DNA of 61,285 bases from an uncultured Actinomycetes bacterium (GCA_963755025.1 CAVWIH010000039.1:1-61285), one strand, 5' to 3'. Numbered from the stretch's first letter, positions 40,885-50,917 are shown. Translations and numbers: made by a program. The notes: generated from the sequence alone by a model not told the origin.

Positions 40885-42290
40885 CGGCCGCCGCAAGCGC
40901 GCGGGTCGAGCCTTCTTCGCGGCCGGTGGTGGCCGTGGTGGGCGGCGGTCTCGCCGGCATGGCGGCCGCCCTCGACTGCGCCGACGCGGGCACGGCCGTC
41001 ACGCTGTTCGAGTCGCGCCGCGCCCTCGGCGGGGCGGCCGCGTCGCAGCGGCGCGACGGCTTGACGCTCGATACGGGCCAGCACGTCTTTCTGCGCTGCT
41101 GCACCGCGTACCGGACGTTCCTCGAACGCATCGGGGCTACGTCGCTGACGCAGATCCAGAAGCGCCTCGAGATCGACGTCGTGGCGCCCCGAGGCCGGTC
41201 GGCGCGCCTGCGGCGCGTCTCGTTGCCGGCGCCGCTCCACCTGGGGCCTGCGCTGGCGCGCTACCGCCCGCTCTCGCCGGCCGAGCGCCTCGCGGCGGCC
41301 CGCGCCGCGCTGGCCGCGCGCCGTCTAGACCCCGACGACCCGGCGCTCGACGCCCGCACCCTGGGCGACTGGCTCGCCGAGCACGGCCAGTCCGAGCGCG
41401 CGATTGCGCGCCTCTGGGACCTCTTCGTGGTCTCGGCGCTCAACCTGCACGCCGCCGACGCCAGCCTGGCGCTCGCCGCCACCGTCTTGCGCACGGGCCT
41501 GCTCGAGCGCGCCGACGCCGGCGACATAGGCCTGGCGCGGGCACCGCTGTCCGAGCTGCACGACCGCCGCGCCGTCGCGGCCCTGCTCGCGGCCGGCGTC
41601 GACGTGCGGCTCGCGACGCGCGTGAGCGCGATCGAACCCGACGGCCGCGGCCTGCGCGTCGTCTCCTCTGGCGGCGAACACACCGCCGAGGCGGTCGTGC
41701 TGGCGGTGCCCGCCGAGCGCGCCGTCGGCCTGCTGCCCGACGGCGCCCTCGACGATCCGGGGGCGCTCGCGGGGCTGGGCTCGTCGCCCATCGTGAACGT
41801 GCACGTGATCTACGACCGCCCGGTCACGCGCCTCGCCATGGCGGCCGCGGTCGACTCGCCGGTGCAGTGGGTGTTCGACCGCTCCCGGGCGACCGGCGTG
41901 AACGGGCGGCAGTACCTCGCCCTGTCGCTGTCCGACGCGACGGCCCTGATCGACCTGCCGGCCGACGAGCTGCGCGTCCGGTTCCTGCCGGCGCTCGAGG
42001 AGCTCTTTCCGGCCGCGCGCCGGGCGAGCGTCTCCTGGTTCGGCGTGACGCGCGCCCGGCACGCGACGTTTCGTCAGGCGCCCGGGGTCGACCGGCTGCG
42101 CCCGGGCGCCGCGACCGGCGTGTCCGGCCTCTTCCTGGCCGGCGCCTGGACCGACACGGGGTGGCCGGCGACCATGGAGGGCGCCGTACGCAGCGGCCGC
42201 ACCGCGGCCCGGCTGGCGCTCGCCGGACTTGTACACGGAGGGCCGCGCAGCGCGGTAGCCGGGACGACCACGGGAGGGTCGAGCCGATGA
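40881..42290 (+). CDS. hpnE: Hydroxysqualene dehydroxylase HpnE
   Basis: VVGGGLAG, DTGQHVFLRC, AGAWTDTGWPATMEGAVRSG. Confidence 0.9.
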   Translation: MTAAASARVEPSSRPVVAVVGGGLAGMAAALDCADAGTAVTLFESRRALGGAAASQRRDGLTLDTGQHVFLRCCTAYRTFLERIGATSLTQIQKRLEIDVVAPRGRSARLRRVSLPAPLHLGPALARYRPLSPAERLAAARAALAARRLDPDDPALDARTLGDWLAEHGQSERAIARLWDLFVVSALNLHAADASLALAATVLRTGLLERADAGDIGLARAPLSELHDRRAVAALLAAGVDVRLATRVSAIEPDGRGLRVVSSGGEHTAEAVVLAVPAERAVGLLPDGALDDPGALAGLGSSPIVNVHVIYDRPVTRLAMAAAVDSPVQWVFDRSRATGVNGRQYLALSLSDATALIDLPADELRVRFLPALEELFPAARRASVSWFGVTRARHATFRQAPGVDRLRPGAATGVSGLFLAGAWTDTGWPATMEGAVRSGRTAARLALAGLVHGGPRSAVAGTTTGGSSR

Positions 42291-43333
42291 CAGATGCACA
42301 GCGAACGGCCGCGGCCGCCACAAAGAGCGCGCTCCCCGAGTGCCTCGCGCGCCACCGCGACCTCATCGACAGCGCCCTGCGCGAGGCCGTCGACCGCCTG
42401 CCGCCGGCGGTCCACACGGCGGCCGCGTATCACTTTGGCTGGTGCGACGCCGACGGCCGCGAGGTCGCCGGCAACGGCGGCAAGGCGATCCGTCCGGCCA
42501 TGACCCTGCTCGCCGCCGAAGGGTGCGGGGCGCGGCCTGAGGCCGCCCTGAGCGGCGCCGTGGCCCTCGAGCTCGTGCACAACTACTCGCTCGTCCACGA
42601 CGACCTCATGGACGGCGACGCCGAACGGCGTCACCGCGCCACGGTATGGGCCGTGTTCGGCGCGGGCCAGGCGATCATCGTCGGCGACGCCCTCGCGGCG
42701 CTCGCCCAGGAGCTGCTCCTTGACGACGCCAAGGGCCGCGGCCAGGCGGCGGCCGAGCTGTGCCGGGCGACGGCCGAGATGATCGAGGGGCAGGCGCACG
42801 ACCTCGAGTTCGAGACGCGCCTCCGTGTCTCGGTGGCCGAGGGGTTGCAGATGAGCGCCCAGAAGACGGGTGCGCTGCTCGGCTGCGCCGGCGCGCTGGG
42901 GGCCATCCTGGCGGGCGCCGACGAGGACTGCGTGACGTCCTTGCGCTCCTTTGGCCGCCACCTCGGCATCGCCTTTCAGGCGGTCGACGACGTGCTCGGC
43001 ATCTGGGGCGACACCAGCGTGACGGGCAAGCCGACCGCCAGCGACCTGCGACAGCGCAAGAAGACGCTGCCCATCCTGCACGCCCTCGAGGCGCAGACGC
43101 CCGCCGCCGACGCCCTGCGCGCGCTGCTGGCCGGCGCCGACGAGCTCGTCGGCGAGCGCCTGCGCGGCGCGGTGCAGCTGCTCGACGAGGCCGGCAGCCG
43201 GGCGTGGACGCTCGAGCTCGCGGAGCGCTACCTCGCGAAAGCCCTGGCCGCTCTCGAGGGCCGCACTCTGGCGCTGGGGGCCGCCGCAGACCTGCGCGAG
43301 GCCGCCCTGTTCATCGTGGGCAGGGATTTCTGA
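42287..43333 (+). CDS. Polyprenyl (farnesyl) diphosphate synthase
   Basis: GKAIRP, HDDLMDGD..RR, KT, FQAVDD. Confidence 0.9.
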   Translation: MTDAQRTAAAATKSALPECLARHRDLIDSALREAVDRLPPAVHTAAAYHFGWCDADGREVAGNGGKAIRPAMTLLAAEGCGARPEAALSGAVALELVHNYSLVHDDLMDGDAERRHRATVWAVFGAGQAIIVGDALAALAQELLLDDAKGRGQAAAELCRATAEMIEGQAHDLEFETRLRVSVAEGLQMSAQKTGALLGCAGALGAILAGADEDCVTSLRSFGRHLGIAFQAVDDVLGIWGDTSVTGKPTASDLRQRKKTLPILHALEAQTPAADALRALLAGADELVGERLRGAVQLLDEAGSRAWTLELAERYLAKALAALEGRTLALGAAADLREAALFIVGRDF

Positions 43334-45327
43334 TGCTGCGCCTGGCCGCGCCGACCATCGCCGGGCGCGCCGCCGCCACGCTGGCGCGCGCTCGCGACTG
43401 CCTGCTGGCCCAGCAGGACGAGACCGGCTGGTGGAAGGGCGAGCTCGAGACCAACGTGACCATGGAGGCCGAGGACCTGCTGATGCGCCGCTTCCTCGGC
43501 GTGCCGCTCGACGACGTGCTCGAGCCGACGGCCGCCTGGATACGCCGGCAGCAGCGCGCCGACGGCACCTGGGCCAAGTTCTACGGCGGCCCGGGCGACC
43601 TGTCGACGACGGTCGAAGCCTACGCCGCCCTGCGCCTCGCGGGAGACCCACCCGACGCCGGGCACCTGCGCCTGGCGCGTGAGTTCATCCTCGACGGCGG
43701 CGGCCTCTCGAGCTCGCGCGTCTTCACCCGGCTGTGGCTCGCACTGTTCGGCGAGTGGCCCTGGGACGCGCTGCCGGCGATGCCCCCCGAGCTCATCTTC
43801 CTGCCCTCGCGCGTACCCCTGAACGTCTACGACTGGGCCTGCTGGGCGCGTCAGACGATCGTGCCCCTGACCGTGGTCGCGGCCCACCGGCCGCGGCGCG
43901 ACCTGGGCTTCACGCTCGAGGAGCTGCGCGTGGCGGGCCGGCGGGTCGCCGGCCCCGACGCCGCGGCGTCGCCCTGGGCGCGGCGCTTCGCGCGACTCGA
44001 CCGCGCGCTCAAGGTCTACGAACGGCATCCGAACCGGCGCCTGCGCCGCGTGGCGCTGCGCCGCGCCACGGCGTGGATCGTGGCCCGGCAGGAGGCCGAC
44101 GGTTCGTGGGGCGGCATCCAGCCGCCGTGGGTCTACTCGATGATGGCGTTGAACGTGATGGGTCACCGCACCGACGATCCCGTCATGAAGGCGGCCTTCG
44201 CCGGCCTCGACGAGTTCACCATCACCGAGGGCGGCGTGCGCCGCCTCGAGGCCTGCCAGTCACCGGTGTGGGACACCGCGCTGGCCATGATCGCGCTCTC
44301 CGACGCCGGGCTGCCCGGCGACCACGAAGCCCTGCGCCGCGCCGGCGACCTGCTGCTGCGCGAGCAGATCCTCGCCAGCGGCGACTGGGCGGTACGGCGA
44401 CCGGCGCTGCGTCCCGGCGGCTGGGCCTTCGAGTTCGAGAACGACAACTACCCTGACATCGACGACACGGCCGAGGTCGTCATGGCGCTGCGCCGTCTGG
44501 CGGACGGCCCGCGCGACGGCGCCGGCGGGGTCGCTCCGCGCGGCGCCGTGGCCGGTCGCGACCGGGCGGCCGCGCCGGGCGCGTCGGCCGGTCTTGACCA
44601 GGCGCTCTCTCGCGGCATCGAGTGGCTGCTCGGCATGCAGTCCGGCGACGGCGGCTGGGGGGCGTTCGACGCCGACAACACGCGTGAGATCATCTGCGAG
44701 CTGCCCTTCTGCGACTTTGGGGCGGTGATCGACCCGCCCTCGGCCGACGTGACCGCCCACGTGCTCGAGATGCTCGGCGGCGAAGGCCTCGCTCGCGACG
44801 AGCGCGCGCGCCGCGGGCTGCGCTGGCTCATGGACGAGCAGTTGGCCGACGGGTCGTGGTTCGGCCGCTGGGGCGCCAACTACGTCTACGGCACCGGCGC
44901 CGCCGTGCCCGCCGCCGTGGCGGCCGGCGTCTCGCCGCGCGACTCGTCGATCCGCCGCGCCGTGGGCTGGCTGACGGCTCACCAGAACGACGACGGCGGC
45001 TGGGGCGAGGACCTGCGCTCCTACGACGACCCTGCCGGCTGGAGCGGACGCGGCGAGAGCACGGCGTCGCAGACCGCCTGGGCGCTGCTCGCCCTGCTGG
45101 CGGCCGGCGAGCAGGGCTCGCCGGCCGTCGAGCGCGGCGTCACGTTTCTCTGCGAGACCCAGACGGCGTCGGGCGCCTGGGACGAGCCCTTCTACACCGG
45201 CACCGGCTTTCCCGGCGACTTCTACATCAACTACCACCTCTACCGGCTGGTGTTCCCGGTCCAGGCGCTGGGCCGTTACGTGCGGGCGGTCGAGGCCGCC
45301 GGTGGCCGCGAAAGGGCGGGCGCATGA
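43333..45327 (+). CDS. shc: Squalene-hopene cyclase
   Basis: QW repeats, SPVWDT, catalytic YPDIDDTA, WFGRWG..Y.YGT, TGTGFPG.FY. Confidence 0.95.
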   Translation: MLRLAAPTIAGRAAATLARARDCLLAQQDETGWWKGELETNVTMEAEDLLMRRFLGVPLDDVLEPTAAWIRRQQRADGTWAKFYGGPGDLSTTVEAYAALRLAGDPPDAGHLRLAREFILDGGGLSSSRVFTRLWLALFGEWPWDALPAMPPELIFLPSRVPLNVYDWACWARQTIVPLTVVAAHRPRRDLGFTLEELRVAGRRVAGPDAAASPWARRFARLDRALKVYERHPNRRLRRVALRRATAWIVARQEADGSWGGIQPPWVYSMMALNVMGHRTDDPVMKAAFAGLDEFTITEGGVRRLEACQSPVWDTALAMIALSDAGLPGDHEALRRAGDLLLREQILASGDWAVRRPALRPGGWAFEFENDNYPDIDDTAEVVMALRRLADGPRDGAGGVAPRGAVAGRDRAAAPGASAGLDQALSRGIEWLLGMQSGDGGWGAFDADNTREIICELPFCDFGAVIDPPSADVTAHVLEMLGGEGLARDERARRGLRWLMDEQLADGSWFGRWGANYVYGTGAAVPAAVAAGVSPRDSSIRRAVGWLTAHQNDDGGWGEDLRSYDDPAGWSGRGESTASQTAWALLALLAAGEQGSPAVERGVTFLCETQTASGAWDEPFYTGTGFPGDFYINYHLYRLVFPVQALGRYVRAVEAAGGRERAGA

Positions 45328-46922
45328 GGGCTGGGCGCGTGCCCGCGGGAGCCGCGGCCGGCGAGGGTCGCCTCGTGGCCGTGGCCGCGCTGCGCCTGGA
45401 GCGGGCGGCGGTGCGGCGTAGTCTGCCCGGCGCGGTCGTGCTGCGCAGCGGCATGGGCGCCGCCCAGGCGCGCGCCGCGGCGCCGGTCGTGGCCCGCACG
45501 CCGGGCGACGCGGTCGCCGTCGTCGGGTTTTGTGGCGCGGCCCGTCGGGGGCTGCGGCCCGGCGACGTCGTGGTGGCCAGCGAAGTGCGCGGCCCCCAGG
45601 GTGTGACCGCCTGCTCCAGCGGGCCGCTGGTGGCGGCGCTCGCCGCGCTGCGCATCGAACGGGTCCACGTGGGGCCGCTCGCCTCGGCCGATCACGTCGT
45701 GCGCGGCGCCGAGCGCGACCTCCTGGCGCGCCACGGCGTGCTGGCCGTCGACATGGAGTCGGCCTGGCTGGCCGCGGGGGCGGCCGGCAGGCCCTTCGCC
45801 GTCTTGCGCGTCGTGCTCGACACTCCGGAGCGCGAGCTCACGCGGCCGCTGGCGACGCTCAGCGGCGCGCTGCAGGCCTGGCGCGCGCTGCGCCGGGCGG
45901 CGCCTGCGCTCTCGGCCTGGGCTGAGGCGACGGGGCCGCGCGCCCTGTTGCTGGCTCGGCCGCGGTCGTTCTGCGCCGGCGCGCGCCGCGCGATCGAGAT
46001 CGTCGAGCGAGCCCTCGAGCGCTACGGCGCACCGGTCTACGTGCGCAAGCAGATCGTGCACAACGTGCACGTCACCGACGACCTGCAGCGGCGCGGCGCC
46101 GTGTTCGTCGACGAGGTCGACGACGTGCCGCGGGGCGCCCTGTGCGTCTTTTCGGCCCACGGCGTCTCGCCGCTCGTGCGCGCACGGGCGGCGGCGCGTG
46201 AGCTGCGGGTGATCGACGCGACCTGTCCGCTCGTGACGCGCGTGCACACCAAGACCCGCCACCTGGCCGCCGCCGGCTACAGCATCGTGCTGATAGGCCA
46301 TCGGGGCCACGACGAGATCGAGGGCACCATGGGCGAAGCGCCGCAGGCCATCAAGCTGATCGACGGCATCGCGGAGATCGACCGGCTCGAGCTCGACCCT
46401 CACGACCGCATCGCCTACCTCACCCAGACGACCCTCGCCGTCGACGAGGTCGCCGACACGGTCGCCGCCCTGCGCCGGCGCTACCCGGCGCTCGAAGGGC
46501 CCGACGCGCACGGCATCTGCTACGCCACGTCGAACCGCCAAGAGGCCGTCAAGACGCTGGCTCGGGAGTCGGACCTCATGGTGGTCATCGGCTCGTCGAA
46601 CTCGTCGAACTCGCGGCGCCTGGTCGAGGTCGCCGAACGCGAGGGCTGCCGGGCGCTCCTCGCCGACGACGAACGCGGCCTCGACCCGGCCGCCCTGAGG
46701 GGCGCCCGCACCGTGGGCATCACTGCGGGCGCTTCGGCTCCCGACGCCCTCGTGAACCGCGTGGTCGCGGCGCTCGCCGGCTTGGGGCCGGTGACCGTCG
46801 AAGAGCGTGGCGACGCCGGCGAGACCATGGCGTTCAGTCTGCCGCGCAGCCTGCGCCGCGATCAGGCCGCAGGGCCGGCCGGCGCGGCGCCCGCGGCCGA
46901 TCTCTCGATACCGGGGGTCTGA
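45324..46922 (+). CDS. ispH: HpnG-like nucleoside phosphorylase domain fused to HMBPP reductase IspH
   Basis: N-terminal SGMG, GFCGA, PGDVVVA, VDMES; C-terminal FCAG, IVHN, SAHG, DATCPLV, HDE, TQTT, ICYAT.NRQ, SSNS. Confidence 0.9.
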   Translation: MRAGRVPAGAAAGEGRLVAVAALRLERAAVRRSLPGAVVLRSGMGAAQARAAAPVVARTPGDAVAVVGFCGAARRGLRPGDVVVASEVRGPQGVTACSSGPLVAALAALRIERVHVGPLASADHVVRGAERDLLARHGVLAVDMESAWLAAGAAGRPFAVLRVVLDTPERELTRPLATLSGALQAWRALRRAAPALSAWAEATGPRALLLARPRSFCAGARRAIEIVERALERYGAPVYVRKQIVHNVHVTDDLQRRGAVFVDEVDDVPRGALCVFSAHGVSPLVRARAAARELRVIDATCPLVTRVHTKTRHLAAAGYSIVLIGHRGHDEIEGTMGEAPQAIKLIDGIAEIDRLELDPHDRIAYLTQTTLAVDEVADTVAALRRRYPALEGPDAHGICYATSNRQEAVKTLARESDLMVVIGSSNSSNSRRLVEVAEREGCRALLADDERGLDPAALRGARTVGITAGASAPDALVNRVVAALAGLGPVTVEERGDAGETMAFSLPRSLRRDQAAGPAGAAPAADLSIPGV

Positions 46923-46924
46923 CG

Positions 46925-47933
46925 ATGCCGGTCTTTCTGCGCCAGCAAGCACGGGTGGGAGCGTACCTGCTGCGCAACAAGCTGCGCGGTCGCGAGCGCT
47001 ACCCGCTCATCGTCGAGCTCGAGCCGCTGTTTGCCTGCAACCTCGCCTGCGCGGGGTGCGGCAAGACGGCCTATCCGCCCGACATCCTGCGGCAACGCAT
47101 GCCGGTGGCGACCGCCGTGGCGGCGATCGAAGAATCGGGGGCGCCCGATGGTGGCGATCGCGGGCGGCGAACCGCTGCTCCACGCCGAGATCGACCGCCT
47201 CTCCGCAGAGCTGCTGCGCCGCAAGCGCTTCGTCTATCTCTGTACGAACGGCCTGTTGCTGCAGCAGAAGCTGGGCCTGTTCAAGCCGTCGCCGTACTTC
47301 TCGTGGGTGGTGCACCTCGACGGCCTGCGGGCGCGGCACGACGAGCTCGTCGGTCGCGAAGGGGTCTTCGACCGGGCCGTCGAGGCCATCAGGGCGGCCA
47401 AGCGGGCGGGGTTTCAGGTGACGACCAACTCGACGTTCTTCGCCTCAGATTCGCCGGCGATGATCCGCGACGTGCTCGACTTCTTGAACGACGAGCTCAA
47501 GGTCGACGCCATGATGATCTCGCCCGGCTACGGCTACGAGGCGGCGGCCGATCAGGAGCACTTTCTGGCAGGGTCGCAGACGCGGCGCCTCTTCGCCGAG
47601 GCCTTCGCCGGCGACCGCCGCAAGCGCTGGCGCTTGAACCACTCGCCGCTGTTCCTCGACTTTCTCGAGGGCAAGATCGAGCTCGAGTGCACGCCGTGGG
47701 GTATCCCCTGCTACTCGGTGCTCGGCTGGCAGCGGCCCTGTTACCTGCGCGCCGAAGGCTACTGCGCGACGTTCCGCGAGCTGGTGGAGACGACCGACTG
47801 GGCGCCGTACGGCCGGTCCGGCGGCGACCCCCAGTGCCGCGACTGCATGGCCCACTGCGGCTACGAGCCGTCCGCCGTGCTTGCCACCATGCGTTCGCCG
47901 CGGCAAGGCCTGCGCGCCATGACGGGCAACTGA
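46925..47933 (+). CDS. hpnH: Adenosylhopane synthase HpnH (radical SAM); +1 frameshift at ~47147
   Basis: ELEPLFACNLACAGCGK (CxxxCxxC), GGEPLLH, CTPWG, CRDCMAHCGYE. Confidence 0.9.
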
Positions 47934-48071
47934 GAAAAGACGAGAGAAGAGGCTTCGGTACCCGTTCGGCGACCAGCGACGAGCGGGCGCCTCGGGGACC
48001 GGCCTCTGAGAGAGCGGGCGTCTCGGGGAACGGGCGCCTCAGGGAGCCGGCGCCCGGGACGCGGCGTCGGG

Positions 48072-48455
48072 TCAGCGCGAGACGGGCTCTCCCGACACGC
48101 GCCGCGAGCGCACCGCGGGGTAGACCGGCACGCGCGATGCCGGCAACAGGACCGCCGGCTCGGGCAGGGCGCAGAGCGGGCACGTGCAGCCGAGGGCGTG
48201 GCGCCAGCCGTACTCGATGCCGACGGTCTCGTTCTCGAAGCGCGGGTCGTGGAGCGGGGTCTGCAGCTCGAGCTCGGTCGGCCGGCTCGCCTGGCCGACG
48301 TCGTAGAGCGTGCCGTCCATGAACAGCAGCTCGTCGCCGAAGCGCCGGTAGACCGCCGGACGCCCGGACTCGATCACGTCTTTCAGGCTGAGCAGACGGC
48401 GTCCGGCCGGCCGCATGGCCGCCAGGGTGCGCTCGATCTTGTGCGGGTCGGTCAC
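48072..48455 (-). CDS. Hypothetical protein with an H-x3-CxCxxC motif
   Basis: Starts 5 nt after the pilin stop; WRHALGCTCPLC. Confidence 0.6.
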   Translation of the reverse strand: MTDPHKIERTLAAMRPAGRRLLSLKDVIESGRPAVYRRFGDELLFMDGTLYDVGQASRPTELELQTPLHDPRFENETVGIEYGWRHALGCTCPLCALPEPAVLLPASRVPVYPAVRSRRVSGEPVSR

Positions 48456-48460
48456 GGCGA

Positions 48461-48871
48461 TCAGGGCACCGTGAAGTCGGTGCTGGTCATGTGGCCCACG
48501 AGGCGGAAGGTGTTGCTGGCGGGGGTCGTGTAGTTGTACTGCCCCTTGCCTGAGCCTTCGCTCATCAACGTGCCGCTCTGCTGGAACGGGTTCTTGGGCC
48601 AGTTGTCGACATAGGAGGCCAGCGTCGTGTTGCTGACCTGTGCCGCGACAGGGTAGGTGTCGCTGTTGTCGACCGCGTAGCTCTGGATGCCGACCTGGAT
48701 GCTGTGGATGCCTTCTTTTACCGAGGCGTCTTTGGCCTTGTTCCTCTGACTGAGGAACATCGGGATGGCGATGGCGGCGAGGATGCCGATGATGATGATG
48801 ACGATGAGGAGCTCGATGAGCGTGAAGCCGTCGCTGCCTCTGACGGGACGTCGCGTGTTCGTAGTGCTCAC
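48461..48871 (-). CDS. Type IV pilin / prepilin-type protein (paralogue 2)
   Basis: SDG/FTLIELLIVIIIIGILAAIAIP; shares EGIHSIQ.G.QSYA.DNSD.YP, WPKNP and TVP with paralogue 1. Confidence 0.9.
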   Translation of the reverse strand: MSTTNTRRPVRGSDGFTLIELLIVIIIIGILAAIAIPMFLSQRNKAKDASVKEGIHSIQVGIQSYAVDNSDTYPVAAQVSNTTLASYVDNWPKNPFQQSGTLMSEGSGKGQYNYTTPASNTFRLVGHMTSTDFTVP

Positions 48872-48958
48872 CCTTTCTGCTCGGCGGTCGGCAGGGCTGG
48901 TGCAGGGGACCAGACCGGCGTTCCTCGGTCGGCGTTCTCTTGCTATTCTCATCGTTCG

Positions 48959-48987
48959 TTATCGGCCGCGCGTCGCCGCCGCTTGAG
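48959..48987 (-). promoter_or_regulatory. Sigma28-type promoter for pilin 2
   Basis: Minus strand CTCAAG-N15-GCCGATAA (perfect sigma28 -10). Confidence 0.7.
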
Positions 48988-49099
48988 ATTCCAGGGACCG
49001 CTCTCAGGCTCGCGGACGGGCGCAGTAGACTAATGCACAGCGCCGCGACCGTCGTACGACGCGCGCCGACTTTGCCAGAAGCCGACCCAGGAGGACCGG

Positions 49100-49780
49100 A
49101 TGAAGATCAGGGCCGAGGCGCTCGAGCTTGCCTTCCGCATAGTGCTGAGCTGCCCCTGTGACGTGAGCCACGAAGAGGAGCTGCGAGTCTACGCCTATCT
49201 GCGCGAGCTTGCGCCGGGAGAGGTCGCCGAGTACGCCCCTGTGCTGGCCGCCTTCGACACGGCCGATACGCCGTTCCACGGCCTGGCAGACTTCACCGGC
49301 TGGGTGGCCGACGACGTCGCCGAGGCGACCATCGAGCGCACGCACGTGCTGCGCTGCAACGCCTCGGGGTACCACTGGCAGCTCGCGGCGGCGACCCTGC
49401 CGGCGCAGTCGCGCAGGGTCTCGTCGGTCTCGACCTTCCTGCTCTCGCACACGATCATCCCGGTATCGCTCGGAGTCGGCGACGACGGTTCACCCCAGGC
49501 GCGCTACGACTACGCCGGCGGCGCCGCCGAGTTCGATCACGTCTTCGTGCCGCCCGAGTTCGATCCCGCGGCCGCAGGGCTCTGGGCGCTCCATCTGGGC
49601 GCCGTCGTCGGCTCGCTGAGCCCCGCCGAGGCGGTGCTCGTCGCACGCTTGAACGAGGCCAACGCGCAACTCGTCAGGCACCGCGCCTGCGTCGCGCACG
49701 TCGACTACGCCGATTTCGAGCTGCAGGGCGACGACCGTGAGTTCTGCCGGCGCCGCCACGCCCCCTTCTGGGGCGCCTGA
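49100..49780 (+). CDS. Hypothetical protein
   Basis: RBS AGGAGG, strong codon bias, no family recognised. Confidence 0.7.
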   Translation: MKIRAEALELAFRIVLSCPCDVSHEEELRVYAYLRELAPGEVAEYAPVLAAFDTADTPFHGLADFTGWVADDVAEATIERTHVLRCNASGYHWQLAAATLPAQSRRVSSVSTFLLSHTIIPVSLGVGDDGSPQARYDYAGGAAEFDHVFVPPEFDPAAAGLWALHLGAVVGSLSPAEAVLVARLNEANAQLVRHRACVAHVDYADFELQGDDREFCRRRHAPFWGA

Positions 49781-49882
49781 GGCGCGCGTCGATCGCGCCG
49801 GCCGAAGCGTAAGGGCCGATCGCGGCCGAAGGATGCAGCGGAAGGGTGGCACCCGCCGACGGCGGCTGCCGAAGCGGACGGT

Positions 49883-50758
49883 CTACTGCGAGACGGTCTG
49901 GTCGACTCGCAGGGTGACCTGTGCGTCGGCGTGCTCGATGGTGATGGTGCCCGCCGGGCCGTTGATGCCGACGACCTTGATCTGGCCCCACGAGGTGCTG
50001 GCCGTCTGCCCGACCGTCTGGGGCGCGAGCGTGGCGCCATCGACGGCGAGGGTCGCGCGTGGCACGCCGCCGGTCGTGGCGATGGCGACGACCCTGATGC
50101 TGTGGCTCACGGCGCGGGTCGAGTGCGTGGTGGCGCCGGTGGTGGCCGAGGCGCTCGGCGTGGGGGTGCTGCTCGCGGCGCTGCCGATCCACAGGACCTC
50201 GACCGAGTAGGTGACGGTGGCGCTGCCCTTCTTGAGCCGCAGGGTGGTCGGCGTGGTGGATTCGGGGATGGTCCCGGCGCCGGCGCCGCCGTTCAGGGTG
50301 TAGCCGTTGACGAGGGCGAGGCTGACGCCGTTGTTGTCGATCGCCGTGATCTTGAACACCGCGGCCGTGGGCGGCAGTTCGTCGCCGACGCGGCGCAGGG
50401 TGTAGGTAGCGGTTTTGGTCGGCGAGCTCACGCGGACGTTGGTCGCTACGGTCGACGGCGTCGACGACGACGAGGTGGTGGAGGCGCCCGGCGCGGCGGT
50501 CACCTGGATGAAGGGATCGCGGCTGGTGAACTGGTCGAGCGTGGGCTGCTGTTTGGCGGGATCGGCCGCCGTCGCCGCGCTGCCCGTCGACGAGGCGACG
50601 GTCGAGGTGTCGGCGAGGCCCGCGGCTGCCGGGTCGCTGGCGCCGTACGTGCTCAGGCCGGTGGCGCCGCCGCCGCCGTGGACGGCCACGATCGAGGCCA
50701 GGGCGATGGCCACGACGACGACGATGACGAAGACGACGTTCGAGCTGCGGGTCGACAT
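49883..50758 (-). CDS. Membrane-anchored Ser/Thr-rich protein with RDPF motif (possible PilP-like pilus accessory)
   Basis: N-terminal TM VVFVIVVVVAIALASIV, FTSRDPF, two small beta domains; start at ATG 50758 downstream of the promoter. Confidence 0.55.
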   Translation of the reverse strand: MSTRSSNVVFVIVVVVAIALASIVAVHGGGGATGLSTYGASDPAAAGLADTSTVASSTGSAATAADPAKQQPTLDQFTSRDPFIQVTAAPGASTTSSSSTPSTVATNVRVSSPTKTATYTLRRVGDELPPTAAVFKITAIDNNGVSLALVNGYTLNGGAGAGTIPESTTPTTLRLKKGSATVTYSVEVLWIGSAASSTPTPSASATTGATTHSTRAVSHSIRVVAIATTGGVPRATLAVDGATLAPQTVGQTASTSWGQIKVVGINGPAGTITIEHADAQVTLRVDQTVSQ

Positions 50759-50798
50759 GCTCAGGTCCTGTCGTTGGCTCCCGCTGGTCCACTGGAGG

Positions 50799-50827
50799 GT
50801 TTCGGCAGATTCGGGCTCGCGCCTTAG
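50799..50827 (-). promoter_or_regulatory. Sigma28-type promoter for the RDPF protein
   Basis: Minus strand CTAAGG-N15-GCCGAAAC. Confidence 0.55.
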
Positions 50828-50917
50828 GGCCTGCACGTGCGACGGGCGGGTCAGATGGCCCGCCCGTCGCGCAGCTGCTGTGTTCGTGTCGGGTCGTCGT
50901 TGCGACCCGGCCTCGAC

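Noticed and set aside
47990-48060. Three CGGGCG(C/T)CTC(G/A)GGG copies after hpnH as a mobile or REP element
   Set aside because: Short, irregularly spaced and not seen elsewhere in the window; could arise by chance at this GC content
48461-48871. Electrically conductive (Geobacter-type) pilin
   Set aside because: Long pilin with Gln at mature position 27 and a long aromatic-poor stretch after position 24
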